Positions 36,870 through 50,227 of a stretch of 64,000 nt of DNA are shown here, piece after piece. A model generated the notes under the pieces. It saw only the letters and a program-made list of their open reading frames with translations, was not told the origin of the DNA and did no database searches. Source of the stretch: Eledone cirrhosa (lineage: Eukaryota). Positions within the stretch are counted from its first letter, which is position 1. Each line of letters opens with the position of its first letter. The translations under genes were made by a program, and so were the position numbers. Location of the stretch: NCBI GenBank assembly GCA_964016885.1, contig OZ024744.1:117304001-117368000 (forward strand). Direction: 5' to 3'.

Positions 36870-38737
36870 GTGTAGTAAGGAAGGCAATCAAAAATATGGA
36901 GACAGTCAAGGCAGTTGGGCCTTCGGAGATAGTTGCTGAAATGGTTGGACATACTAAGGTCACCTGGATAGTAAACTAAGTAATACAGAATGGGGTCATA
37001 CCAAACGATTGGCGTAGCAGCATCATCAACTGTTACAAGGGCAAAGGAGACGCCCTGGATAGAGCAAACTATAGAGGCCTTAAGTTAGTTGACCAAATCA
37101 TGAAAGTCACAGAAAGAGTTATTACTCAACTGATTAGAGACCAAATTGATCTAGATGAAATGCAGTTTGGGTTTGTGCCAGGTAAAAGTACCACAGATGC
37201 TCTTTTCCTTGTACCAAAATTATAGGAGAAGTCCCTAGCTAACAGTAAACGCTTCTACTTAGATTTTGTTGACTTGGAGAAAGCCTTTGACAGAGTCCCC
37301 CGCTCCATTATCTGGTGGGCCCTTTGAAAACTAGGAGTGGGAAAATGGCTTGTGATAGCTATACAAGCCATGTATAAAGAAACAGTCAGCAAGGTTAGAA
37401 TTAACGAGAATATATTGATGAATTTAGCATAATAGTAGGGGTTCACCAGGGCTCCGTTCTTAGCCCCCTCCTGTTTATTATTGTTCTACAGGCTATAACA
37501 GAGGAGTTTAAGACCAGCTGCCCATGGGAACTTCTATATGCAGATGATCTAACTCTCATAGCTGAATCTATGGCTGAACTAGAGAGGAAGTTCCAAACAT
37601 GGAAGCATGGTCTAGAATCAAAAGGCCTTAAAGTTAACTTGTCTAAGACTAAAGTTCTAGTATATAAAAATGAGAATAGGGCACAGGTCCCTCTGGGAAA
37701 TTGTCATGCTCAGTGTGTAGGAAAGGAGTAGGCAGAAACTCCATTCTATGTCCCAAATGCAAACTATGGGTACATAAAAAATGTAGTGGGATCAGAGGAA
37801 AGCTATCTAAGAATGTAGATTTTATATGTGGCCAATGCTCAGGTGCAGTAAGTAGCAGCAAGTGCCCACAGGATACTAGCTCCTTCTACTGCCCAGATGG
37901 TTCTATAGAAATAGTAGACACCTTCCGTTACCTGGGTGACAAAATCAGCAGTGGAGGAGGGTGCTCTGAAAGTACAGTAGCCAGACTTAGAACGGAATGG
38001 AAAAAGTTCAGAGAGCTAATACGACTGTTGGCCACAAGGAGTTTTTCTCTAAAAATGAAAGGCAGACTGTATGATGCATGTATACGAACAGCAATGCTAT
38101 ATGGTAGTGAGTCCTGGGCGTTGTGTGCTGAAGACTTGCGTAGATTAGAAAGAAATGTAGCTTGCAGGCTCCGATGGATTTGTAATAGTAATGTGCGCGA
38201 ACAGCAAAGCATAAACGAACTAAGAGGGAGACTAAGCATAAGAGGTATCAAATGTTGTGTTCTGGAGAGGAGATTGTATTGGTATGACCATGTATGAAGG
38301 ACGACAGCTGTATAAAAAAGTGCAGGGCAATGAAAATTGATGGAAGCTGCGGAGTGGGTAGACCAAGAAAAATCTGGGAAGAAGTGATAAAAACTGACTT
38401 TGCTCACCTACACCTCTCTAAGACAATGACACTGGATCGAGACCTTTGGTGCCATGCAGTTGTACAGAATACCCACCTTCCCTTGCATACAATGACACAA
38501 CAGTCCACACTGTAAGGTGGTCATGTAAGAGACACAGTAAAAAGGCTCCCAGTCCACACTGTAAATGTGGTTGGTGTTAGGAAAGGCATCCAGCTGTAAA
38601 AAGCCTGCCAGAGACACTTCTGTGAGAGCGGGACATGGTCTCACGACCATTCCCGCATCAAATAGAACAAAACTGTCTAACACTTGCTAGCGTGGAAGAT
38701 GGACGTTAAACGATGATGATGATGGGGATGATGATGA
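36870..38737 (+). mobile_element. RTE family A-like LINE, 5'-truncated, pseudogenised
   Basis: RT motifs with stops and frameshifts, PHD-like finger from 37701, 3' UTR, (GAT)n tail. Confidence 0.95.
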
Positions 38738-39168
38738 TATATATATATAACTATTAGGTGTATATATATATAACTATTGGGTGTATATATATATATAACT
38801 ATTGGGTGTATATATATATATATTGTTGTGAAACTAGTAAGAGGGAAACATTTCATTCAGCTCTATGTTTTTACATCACTTGACAATGAATTTTGCCCCT
38901 AGGATGATATATGTATAGGATTCCTTTATTTCATGGGATTTTACTGTGATCTTCCCTCTCATCAATTTTGAGCCGTATTTATTTATTTATATGTATATAT
39001 ATATATTTGGGGAGAATCATATTGTTATAATATTGCCAGAAATAATAACAACACACTCACTGTTTGGTTTGGGTTGGTTTTCGCTTCTGTATCTTTTATA
39101 TCTCCATAGTTAATTTATTTGGCAATCAATGGTTAACATTGATTGACCAATGGTTAAAAATAATACAG

Positions 39169-39211
<43 letters not shown>

Positions 39212-39214
<3 letters not shown>

Positions 39215-39652
39215 TCATCATCATCATCATCATTTTACGTCCGCTTTTCCCTGCTTGCAAGGGTGGGACGGGTCTTATTCAGCACAGCATCTCTCCACTC
39301 ATCACGGTCCCTCGTCATCTCCACCGTGAGCTTCAATGATCTGAGGTCTGTTCTCACCACCTCCGCCCATGTTTTTCGTGGTCTACCTCTACCACGTCTT
39401 CCTTCAACTGGCATTTCCTGGCACTTCTTCACCCATCGGTCATCCTCCATGCGCATCACATGTCCATACCACCTCAGTCTCCTCTCCCGTACACTACATT
39501 CTATCCCTCTCAGACACAGTTTCTCTTTCAACACATTTATGCTGGGTCGTTCACGTACATTTACACTGCACATCCAACGGAGCATGCTTGCCTCATTTCT
39601 CTCCAGCCGTCGCATATCCTCTGCGGTTGCTGCCCATGTCTCACTACCATGG
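39212..39652 (-). mobile_element. RTE family B 3' fragment (young)
   Basis: HGSETW...TLASREKRT* open frame, (ATG)n tail. Confidence 0.95.
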
Positions 39653-39746
39653 GCATATATGTATATAAATAAGTAAATATATATATATGTTTGATGTGTA
39701 TAGTTTGATGTATGTGTATTCATGTATTAAAGTGTTTATATATATG

Positions 39747-39794
<48 letters not shown>

Positions 39795-40312
39795 TAGACA
39801 GGAGTATGTATGTATATATGTGTGTGCCTATACGTGTGTATATGAAGATAAGTTGAGTATGAAAATGTATACACATGAATGCGTATGTATGTACATATAT
39901 ATATGTATATATATGTATATATATATATGTGCAGGTATATATATGTATGTATGTGCATGTAAGTATGTGTATGTGAGTGTATGTATTTTGTAGAGGTGTG
40001 CATATATGTTTATGTGTGAATGTGTGGGTGAAAAGATACGTACACTTGAAAGAAAAATTTAAGTCTGAATGTTAATTAAGTGCAAACACAAAACCAACCA
40101 TGCATATCTTTACTATCTCTAATCCTTCTATAGATTTAGAAAAATAACCAACGCCAAATAATGTATTCTATAAAAATGTCAAAACAACAGATGGAATCTA
40201 ATTACTCACTGCTATCAAAAAAATCTCTATCCACTCCCTTAACTATTCTTCTAAAAACTTCACCCCTCCCTCTTAATATTCTCTATAAAAACCAAACAGG
40301 TTCTCAATAAAA

Positions 40313-40433
40313 TTATTCTGATGAAATGACAGTTGATAATAACATTGAAATATTGAGTGTCTGCATAATTAATACTTTGTAGATAGCAGCTGTTTTCAGG
40401 TTATGTAACTGTTATTGAAACACGTGTCAATAA
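40313..40433 (+). ncRNA. Type I hammerhead motif (intact core, extended stem II)
   Basis: TTATT-CTGATGA-aatgacagtt[~70 nt]aactgttatt-GAAAC-ACGT-GTC-AATAA. Confidence 0.85.
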
Positions 40434-40576
40434 ATTCCTTTTAACTGAACTGTATCCATTTAAATCCTTCTATATATATATAGTCTATAATATATATATA
40501 TCAGGATGGATTCAGTTTGAACAGAGTACTTGATACTTGGGGTAGTAGAGTATGGTTATATTATAGAGACTCTTTA

Positions 40577-40627
<51 letters not shown>

Positions 40628-41194
40628 CTCTCTCTCTCTATATATATATACATATATATATAAATCCAAACCCATGCAAGCGTGGAACACGGACGTTAAA
40701 CGTTGATGATGATGATGATGATGATGATAAACAAAATTTACAGTTACAATAATTGATGTTGTTTAACCCTGGGTCAGTCCTTATTAACCTGACATGATTA
40801 AAGAAAGGGGATTCTAACCATGATTATAATATTTCTTTTGTGCATCTTGGACTACATTATCCAATATGCCTGTCCTTTCTTATTTTTTGGAAATGGTAGA
40901 CTTTGTGATCTGATTGTTTGATATTTCTAGTGTATCAAGGAATCTTATAAGAGTTTCTCATTGCTGATTGTCAGAATTGTTAGAGTTCAACAAGATGTCT
41001 CGTTGTATTCTGGCATCTTACATCTCGAGTTCAATGTCAACTTGACCTTTCATACTTCTGAGGATTCAATAAAATAAAGTACCAGCTACATACTGGGGTT
41101 GATATAATTGGCTTGACCCTCTCCCAGAATTGCTGGATTTCAACTTTAAATTAGAAATCATTATTAATTATTTAATAGGATTCTATAATTAAAA

Positions 41195-41826
41195 TTAATA
41201 TATGAAAACTGAATTCAGCATTCATGCCAACCCTTACCTATTGTCACAAATCTTGGGTAATGACCAAAAGAATACAATCATGAATACAAGAGGCCAACAT
41301 GGGGATCCTCTGAAGGGTCTTTGGAGTAACATTACTCGATAGAGTGCATAACTCGGAGATTATAGCATCATTCTAGGTAGAGCCGCTACTTCTCTGAATT
41401 GAGAGTTCACAGCTCTGATACTTCAGACATGTGGTTAGAATGTCTCAGGAAAGAATCACTGAATTGATAGATCACAGCTCTGATACTACAGACATGTGGT
41501 TAGAATGTCTCAAGAAAGAATCACTGAATTGATAGATCACAGCTCTGATACTACAGACATGTGGTTAGAATGTCTCAGGAAAGAATCACTGAATTGATAG
41601 ATCATAGCTCTGATACTACAGACATGTGGTTAGAATGTCTCAGGAAAGAATCTCGACAGATTTTATAGGCAAAAACCAACTGGCAGGAGATCTGGATCAG
41701 TTTGAGATGGTTGCTTCTGACAGGACCTTCTGGGGGGAGTGTTTGAGGCCCCCCCCCCCTCTCAGGACTAAGTGGGCGATGAAGAAGCAGAAGAGAAAAA
41801 GAAGACATGATTACTCCAAGAGAAAT
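41195..41826 (+). mobile_element. RTE-group LINE 3' fragment (family D) with 61-bp tandem expansion
   Basis: PTLTY..SWVMT...SQL*YFRHVVRMSQER; ~37-bp flanking direct repeat (41156-41192 / 41827-41863). Confidence 0.8.
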
Positions 41827-42398
41827 AATCATTATTAATAATTTAATAGGATTCTATAATTAATACATGATTATTTCAAGAGAAAAGTGGAAGAGAAAAA
41901 TGAGCTGTCAAAAGATAAACTCTAAATCTGGATGAAATATATTATTTAAAGAACTTCTGAAGACACCCTGCTAGCACTTATAATAGAGGAAGTTCTGTGA
42001 TTCATATGCCAAGATTGTTTTTATAGCAAAGCAGCTGGCTATAGAGTAAGTTTAGCAAAGGTAACCTGCTAGAAATGGTGGGCAACCATCCAAGATATGC
42101 TTCATGGCAGGTATAACATTGAACTAGATAATTCTGGTAATAAGATGGATAACTGTGTGTATATGTGTGTGTAATGGAAGGAGGAGAGTTGTGCCCATGA
42201 CCTTCACAGGGCCTCCAACACCAGCAACATGAAGGAGTTGATGAATGTGTTTAATGTTCTTCTCTCGAACAGTGCCAAGTCTACATTGATGGCTGCAGGA
42301 GAAACGTGCAGGGTTAGGGTGGGATTTTCAGAGGGGTTGGAATTCTGGGAAGGAAGGCCTCCTTCTCTCTCTCTCTATATATATATATGTGTGTGTGT

Positions 42399-42429
<31 letters not shown>

Positions 42430-43307
42430 AGTATTGAAATTTCCGTTGAAAACAGAAAAGGTCATAGCAGTGAAGAGTGCTCTATGTAAGTATCAGAGGA
42501 AAATTTAATGTATAAAAATCAATACAATATAATTACCTCATTACCAGAGGTTTCCCGAATGAGGCGAATACGAAAGAAACGTCTTCATTCGTTCATCAGA
42601 CGAGGAAATATAAAACATGGGTAAATACTTAGAAAGTCTCATCAAGAAAAGCAAAAAAAAACAAAAAAAAACTTATAGAAAAATGAATTAGAATATGAAA
42701 TATATAATAATCTTTCAAGAAATATAGTTAGGTGTGTGTATATGTATGTATATACGCTCACAGATGTGCATATATGTGTATGCACATATGTATACGTATA
42801 GTGAAAAAGTGTGCGTAAATATAAAATTTAGGGCAAATGTATCTGTATGTCTGTAATCTACAGACAGAATAGATACATCATAAGAATAAGAAGGCACGGG
42901 CATAAACACACCGAGACACACGTACACTTAGATGCGGAAGTAAAAGAGGTAAGGGAGTGTAATAATTAAAGGAAAGTATCAATCTCGATATATTTATAAA
43001 AATGGAACAATAATTTAGAAAGAAAAAATTAAAGAAAACAAACAAGGTACATACATATACACACACGTATATCTCACAAAAGAAACGCAAAAATACACAT
43101 GCTTATATACACACGCACACTTACACATCCATACGTTCGATACGTACACACACACACACACACACACATACTAACACTCACGCATATTGACCTGTTTGCA
43201 TGCACACGCATAAAAATGAGTAAGTAAAAAAAGGGGGAGAAGAAAAAAGGAACAAAACATAAAACCTAGATGTAAAAAACACGGATATAAAGACACATAC
43301 ACATACG

Positions 43308-43402
<95 letters not shown>

Positions 43403-45210
43403 GCACGCGCGCGCACATACGTAGTCGCTCATGTACATATAAAGAAAGTATACACACATTAAGGCGTTCAGCCACATTGATACAGGGTGTAAAAAACTTG
43501 TGGATAAGTAAGTACAATTATAAAATTGTAAGATTGGCTGCGCAAAAATAAAAAATAAAAATAAAGATAAAAAATATATAGAAAACGCAAATGACATTTA
43601 TAATCAGTTAGTGAAGGAAATAGGGAAGTAAAAAATGGAAAGTGAAGATATTAGGTAAGTGAATCGGAGAATGAAGGGGGGGGGGGTATTGGTGGATGTG
43701 AAGTAAAAATAAAAATAAAAATAAAAATAAAAAAAATAAAAAAAATAATAAAATAATAATATATAAATAAAAGTAAAAATAAAAATAAATGAAATTAATG
43801 ATAAGGATAAAAATGAAAGTAAATCAGAAAGGGTAATTATAAAGAGAATAATAAGAGTTTATGGAGGATAAGTATCCGAAAGTGTGTTAAGTTTATATGA
43901 GCTGGAAAGCAGGTGTGATTTCATGTGTGGGCAACTGGTGAAAATTTCCGTCTTTGTGTTCAGGCAGGTCTTTGGTGATTTTAGATTTTGCAATATCCAA
44001 TATTTTTCATTTATGCAGAGCGTGCATTTTCTTGTTCCTCTACCATATTCTTTAGATTGGTTCAAAATTGACCAATCTAATTTATATTGGATGCCTTGGT
44101 ATTTCTGATTTACTTTCATTTTTATCCTTATCATTAATTTCATTTATTTTTATTTTTACTTTTATTTAGATATTATTATTTTATTATTTTTTTATTTTTT
44201 TATTTTTACTTCACATCCACCAATAAACCCCCCCCCCCCCTTCATTCTCCGATTCACTTACCTAATATCTTCACTTTCCATTTTTTACTTCCCTATTTCC
44301 TTCACTAACTGATTATAAATGTCATTTGCGTTTTCCACCCCAGATATATTTTTTATCTTTATTTTTATTTTTATTTTTGCGCAGCCAATCTTACAATTTT
44401 ATAATTTTATATTTGTACTTACTTATCCACAAGTTTTTTACACCCTGTATCAATGTGGCTGAACGCCTTAATGTGTGTATACTTTCTATATATGTACATG
44501 AGCGACTACGTATGTGCGCGCGCGTGCGTGTATATATATATATATATATGTATGCGTATGTGTATGTGTCTTTATATCCGTGTTTTTTACATCTAGGTTT
44601 TATGTTTTGTTCCTTTTTTCTTCTCCCCCTTTCTTTACTTACTCATTTTTATGTGTGTGCATGCAAAGAGGTCAATATGCGTGAGTGTAAGTATGTGTGT
44701 GTGTGTGTACGTATCGAACGTGTAAGTGTGCGTGTGTATATAAGCATGTATATTTTTGCGTTTCTTTTGTGAGATATACGTGTGTGTGTATGTATGTACC
44801 TTGTTTGTTTTCTTTAATTTTTTCTTTCTAAATTATTGTTCCATTTTTATAAATATATCGAGATTGATACTTTCCTTTAATTATTACACTCCCTTACCCC
44901 TTTTACTTCCGCATCTAAGTGTACGTGTGTGTAGGTGTGTTTATGCGCGTGCCTTCATATTCTTATGATGTATCTATTCTGTCTGTAGATTACAGATACA
45001 CAGATACATTTGCCCTAAATTATATATTTACGCACACTTTTTCACTATACGTATACATATGTGCATACACATAGATGCACATCTGTGAACGTATATACAT
45101 ACATATACACACACCTAACTATATTTCTTGAAAGGTTATTATATATTTCATATTCTAATTCATTTGTCTATAATTTTTTTTTTTTTTTTTGCTTCTCTTG
45201 ATGAGACTTT

Positions 45211-45211
<1 letters not shown>
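42430..45211 (-). mobile_element. Penelope-like element: GIY-YIG C-terminus, 1.2-kb 3' UTR, hammerhead and inverted 5' copy of the UTR
   Basis: WSILNQSKEYGRGTRKCTLCINEKYWIL...LNTKTEIFTSCPH (43859-44101); inverted arms 42632-43830 / 44102-45211; (TA)n flanks. Confidence 0.9.
42536..42605 (-). ncRNA. Type I hammerhead motif (intact core)
   Basis: CCTCGT-CTGATGA-a.cgaatga...tcattcg.g-GAAAC-CTCTG-GTA-ATGAGG. Confidence 0.9.
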
Positions 45212-45272
<61 letters not shown>

Positions 45273-45274
<2 letters not shown>

Positions 45275-45609
45275 GCACATGGCTTAGTGGTTAGAGCATT
45301 GGCCTTGCAATCGAAAGGTTGTTAGTTCAATTCTCAGACCGGCTGATGTGTTGTTTCCTTGAGCAAGACACTTTATTTCACATTGCTCCAGTTTACTCAG
45401 CTGTAAAGTGGTTGGTCGTGGAGGTGCCACGGCAAAAAAGCACCCAGCCCACACTGTAAAGTGGAGGTCTAGGTGCCACGGCAAAAAAGCACCCAGCACT
45501 CACTGTAAATGAGGTTGGTGTTAGGAAGGGCATCCAGCTGTAGAAATCAAGCCATAATCAGTTCCCATCCCACCCTTGCAAGCAGGGAAAAGCGTAAAAT
45601 GAAATGATG

Positions 45610-45610
<1 letters not shown>
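45273..45610 (+). mobile_element. SINE family 2
   Basis: A/B boxes, core and RTE tail; variant internal segment. Confidence 0.9.
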
Positions 45611-45640
<30 letters not shown>

Positions 45641-45643
<3 letters not shown>

Positions 45644-46831
45644 GTAAACGGAATAGAAAATGCTGACAAATTGTTCACAGTGAAAAATAGTTTAATTAGG
45701 AATAAATGAGAATTAGTAATAGTATTGGTTAGTATTCAGTTTCTAATGCTTTTCAAAAATTCCGTGATGTTTGCTCTGATCTGATTAGTTTTGAGAATTC
45801 TACCTGTTTTTATGTTAAAAAAGTGGCTCCAGCACTATTAAAATTGGTTTTTGCGCCAATTCGTGTTGCAAAAATTCTTGTGGTCAAAACAATTTTGATT
45901 GGTCGGTAGAGGTCATGTGAATGTAAAAAATTGATTTTGCGCCAAGACTGAGAAATGACTCTTTCACAACAAATATGTGTGTGTGTGTGTGTGTAGTAGT
46001 AAAGTGTTCGTTGATGTGATAACACTTCTCCCTAAGACGAACCCACAACATACACACGTCAACATACATACCTACATCAGTACACATCTCTACCCACATA
46101 TAAACACAATGACATACGTAAACACACATGTTCTGTGTATATATATAGTGAATATCATTTCACACCTTTTATTGTTAAGGTTTTTGATGTTCTATTGAGA
46201 GAATCGATTTTACTGAAAATATCGAATAATGTACACCATTTTACCAGGGAAAAAAATACTGGTCCACCCACACACACACACACACATACACACGCGTACA
46301 TTAACATACAAAGAGACTTATACACACACACTTGTCTTAATAGGCATTTGAACTGTCAACAGGCTGCGGTTCGCACACACATCCCTGCTGACCATTGTCA
46401 CAGCAACGAACACTTTACTACTACACACACATATACACACACACACACATATTTGTTGTGAAAGAGTCATTTCTCAGTCTTGGCGCAAAATCAATTTTTT
46501 ACATTCACATGACCTCTACCGACCAATCAAAATTGTTTTGACCACAAGAATTTTTGTAACACGAATTGGCGCAAAAACCAATTTTAATAGTGCTGGAGCC
46601 ACTCTTTTAACATAAAAACAGGTAGAATTCCCAAAACTAATCAGATCAGAGCAAACAGCACGGACACTCTATCTCAAAATTATTTTTGAAAAGCATTAGA
46701 AATGCGCAACCGGTAAAAACTTAAAACCAAAACTGAATACTAACCAATACTATTACTAATTCTCACTTATTCCTAATTAAACTATTTTTCACTGTGAACA
46801 ATTTGTCAGCATTTTCTATTCCGTTTACCAA
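45641..46831. repeat. Long inverted repeat element in a TA context
   Basis: Arms 45641-46022 / 46395-46831, ~370-bp spacer. Confidence 0.85.
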
Positions 46832-46890
46832 TATATCATAACTTGTGTGTTACACCTCTATTCTTTTATATATATATATATATATACATA

Positions 46891-47095
46891 TATACAAAAT
46901 TTAACATAGAAATGGCTTCTACTGGACTAGAACTGTTTCATTTGAAGGAAATCATCAGCTTTCCTAGTGATTTCCTTTGAATGAAACAGTTCTAGTCCAG
47001 TAGAAGCCATTTCTATATTAAATTTTGTATATACTCTACTAATGTATTGAGTACCTTACTAACCTGGTTACTCCTGATTGAACCTGGAACTCACG

Positions 47096-47098
<3 letters not shown>
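46891..47098 (+). mobile_element. Short fold-back element with hammerhead-core hairpin (related copies at 48885-49075 and 17750-17835)
   Basis: 140-bp near-palindrome; the minus arm reads CTGATGA-tttccttcaaat-GAAAC-AGTT. Confidence 0.75.
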
Positions 47099-47142
<44 letters not shown>

Positions 47143-47354
47143 AGTACCCACAGATAAAAGGTCAAGGAAAACAATGCTTAATCTATTGCAAGAGAGCTTA
47201 TTTAGTTTATATTAAGTTTCATACATTTAACATGTATGTGAGACCTTAGGTTTCAGAATCCAGTTATGGCCACCACTGTATAGTGGAGGAGTTGTTCTTA
47301 AACCGACTTCTCTCAGTTTTAGAGATCAGTAGCCACCACTTCAGCACTGAATTC

Positions 47355-48137
47355 TCTGGGAGATCAGTACCCCACTTCAGTACTGACTTGGTCTATGTAG
47401 ACCTGTCTAACCCTTGCTGGGAATATAGGTGATATGACAGATCCCTGGTTTGTCTGGGAGATCAGTACCCCACTTCAGTACTGACTTGGTCTATGTAGAC
47501 CTGTCTAACCCCTGCTGGGAATATAGGTGATATGACAGATCCCTGATCTGTCTGGGAGATCAGTACCCCACTTCAGTACTGACTTGGTCTATGTAGACCT
47601 GTCTAACCCTTGCTGGGAATATAGGTGATATGACAGATCCCTGATCTGTCTGGGAGATCAGTACCCCACTTCAGTACTGACTTGGTCTATGTAGACCTGT
47701 CTAACCCCTGCTGGGAATATAGGTGATATGACAGATCCCTGGTTTGTCTGGGAGATCAGTACCCCACTTCAGTACTGACTTGGTCTATGTAGACCTGTCT
47801 AACCCTTGCTGGGAATATAGGTGATATGACAGATCCCTGATCTGTCTGGGAGATCAGTACCCCACTTCAGTACTGACTTGGTCTATGTAGACCTGTCTAA
47901 CCCCTGCTGGGAATATAGGTGATATGACAGATCCCTGATCTGTCTGGGAGATCAGTACCCCACTTCAGTACTGACTTGGTCTATGTAGACCTGTCTAACC
48001 CCTGCTGGGAATATAGGTGATATGACAGATCCCTGGTTTGTCTGGGAGATCAGTATCCCACTTCAGTACTGACTTGGTCTATGTAGACCTGTCTAACCCT
48101 TCCTAGCAGGGAAACTGGGTGCTAAAATGATGATGAT
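47355..48137. repeat. 98-bp tandem minisatellite (~7.5 copies) ending in an RTE-like (ATG)n tail
   Basis: Period 98 (47358, 47456); contains cctgtctaacccttgct. Confidence 0.9.
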
Positions 48138-48498
48138 TCACTGATCAGTGGCTTGCTTGCTCAACCCTGATCAAGATTTTTTCCGAAGTACATGTTCGAG
48201 GGAGCACTGAAAAGTTGCTGGCATTAAAGTATCATGAAAGGTAGAGCTGTTAACTTTACAGGGGAGGTAGGGCTGTTACCTTTACAGGGAAAGTAGGGCT
48301 GTTGCAATAAGTGTGTGAATCTGAGAGGGAATATGTTGAATAAAATCATAACTGATCCTCCTGTATTTTCTTTTAACCAAGCCAGGAGCTTTTCAGCACC
48401 TCCGCATGCTGTTGTGTGTATATAAATATATATATAGATAGATGTAGATACATATATCTATATATGTGTGTCTGTGTGTGTATATATGTGTGCACATA

Positions 48499-48593
<95 letters not shown>

Positions 48594-49194
48594 TTTTACA
48601 TATATACACAAGAATGTGGTTTTATCTAGGGATTCCAAACTTTTGAGTCTTTCAGAAAGAAATTTAGTCAATTTTACATCAAATAAAGTTAACAAATGTC
48701 TAGAGATGTTTTACATTTTTCATGCTTGGCGTTATCACCACCATCATCATCATCACCATCATCATCACCATCATCATCACCATCATCATCATCATCATCT
48801 ATAATTCCCATCAACATTATTATTTTCCAAATCTATTACCATTACATTCCTTTAAGAGTGGGTATATATATATATATATATATATATTTAATATAGAATG
48901 ACTTCTACAGGACTAGAACTGTTTCATTCGGGAGAAATCATCAGCATGATTTCTCCCGAATGAAACAGTTCGAGTCCTGTAGAAGCCTTTCTATATTAAA
49001 TATTTATACTCTGTTTTGTATTGTGTACCTTACTTACTGTGGTTACCCCCCGATTGAACCCAGGATAAACTTATAAATATAAATATATATATATATATAT
49101 ATATAAAGAGTTAGGACTCCGATGGCTGAACTCCAGCCATTTCGAAAGCTAGATCTGAACGAAGCCAGCAGTATTAGAATGACAGCATTTTACC

Positions 49195-49920
49195 ACACCT
49201 TCTGTTAACAAAGAAGGGTTTCTGCTTGCGTACGAAAGGCTGGTTATATGATGCCTCTGTGAGATGCGCGATACTGCATGGTAGTGAGACATGGGCAGCA
49301 ACTACAGAGGATATGTGATGGCTGGAGAGAAATGAAGCAAGTATGCTCCGTTGGATGTGCAATGTCAATGTGCGTGAATGACCAAGCATAGATGAGTTGA
49401 GAGAGAAACTGGGTATAATAGGGATAAGTTGTGGTGTGGGAGAGAAGACTGCGATAGTATGGACATGTGATGTACATGGAGGATGTCTGCTGGGTAAAGA
49501 AGTGCCAACAAATCCCAGTACAAGGAAGACGCAGTAGAGGAAGACCACGAAAAACATGGGCGGAGGTGGTGAGAGCTGACCTCAGATCGCTGAAGCTCAC
49601 AGAGGAGATGACTAAGGACTGTGACAAGTGGAGAGATGCTGTGCTGAATAGGACCTGTCCCACCCTTGCAATCAAGGAAAAGCGGGTGTAAAATGACCTT
49701 GATGATGTGGCCATGTAGGCAACACGGTAAAAACCTCCCAGTCCACACTGTAAATGTGGTTGGTGTTAGGAAGGGCATCCAGCTGTAGAAAACCCGCCAG
49801 ACAGTCCTATGCAAGCAAGACAACCACTCTTGCCTCAAGTGGGAAAACCCCCGTCCAAACCCATGCAAGCGTGGAACAGGGACGTTAAACGTTGATGATG
49901 ATGATGATGATGATGATGAT
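49195..49920 (+). mobile_element. RTE family B 3' fragment fused to the family A 3' UTR
   Basis: ...TLAIKEKRV* to ~49700, then sequence matching the reverse of 18240-18450. Confidence 0.85.
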
Positions 49921-50162
49921 ATATATATGTAAAAGTTCTATTTAAATTGTTGGGATACAACAAGCAAATATTTTTATAACTGATATAAAGCACTCAACAA
50001 ATAATTGGAGTAAACATACGATATTAACAAATGGAAACTATATTTATAACTTACCTAATAGTATAATTAAAGATATAACTCCACTATCCAGGAGCTTCCA
50101 ACAGTAATGGTTGCATTCTTTAAGGGTATGTCAATATTTATTTATAAAACTGCTCTATATTA

Positions 50163-50227
50163 TATTTTATCTGATGAAAGCACACCATAATTTAACTTGG
50201 TGTCTTTGAAATATGTATAATGAAATA
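50163..50227 (+). ncRNA. Type I hammerhead motif (intact core)
   Basis: TATTTTAT-CTGATGA-aag.acacca...tggtgt.cttt-GAAAT-ATGT-ATA-ATGAAATA; same family as 17994-18054. Confidence 0.85.

Noticed and set aside
46636-46700. Hammerhead-like ctaat-CAGATCA...GAAAAGC-attag inside the 45641-46831 inverted repeat
   Set aside because: Multiple core positions deviate and there is no NUH triplet or stem III.
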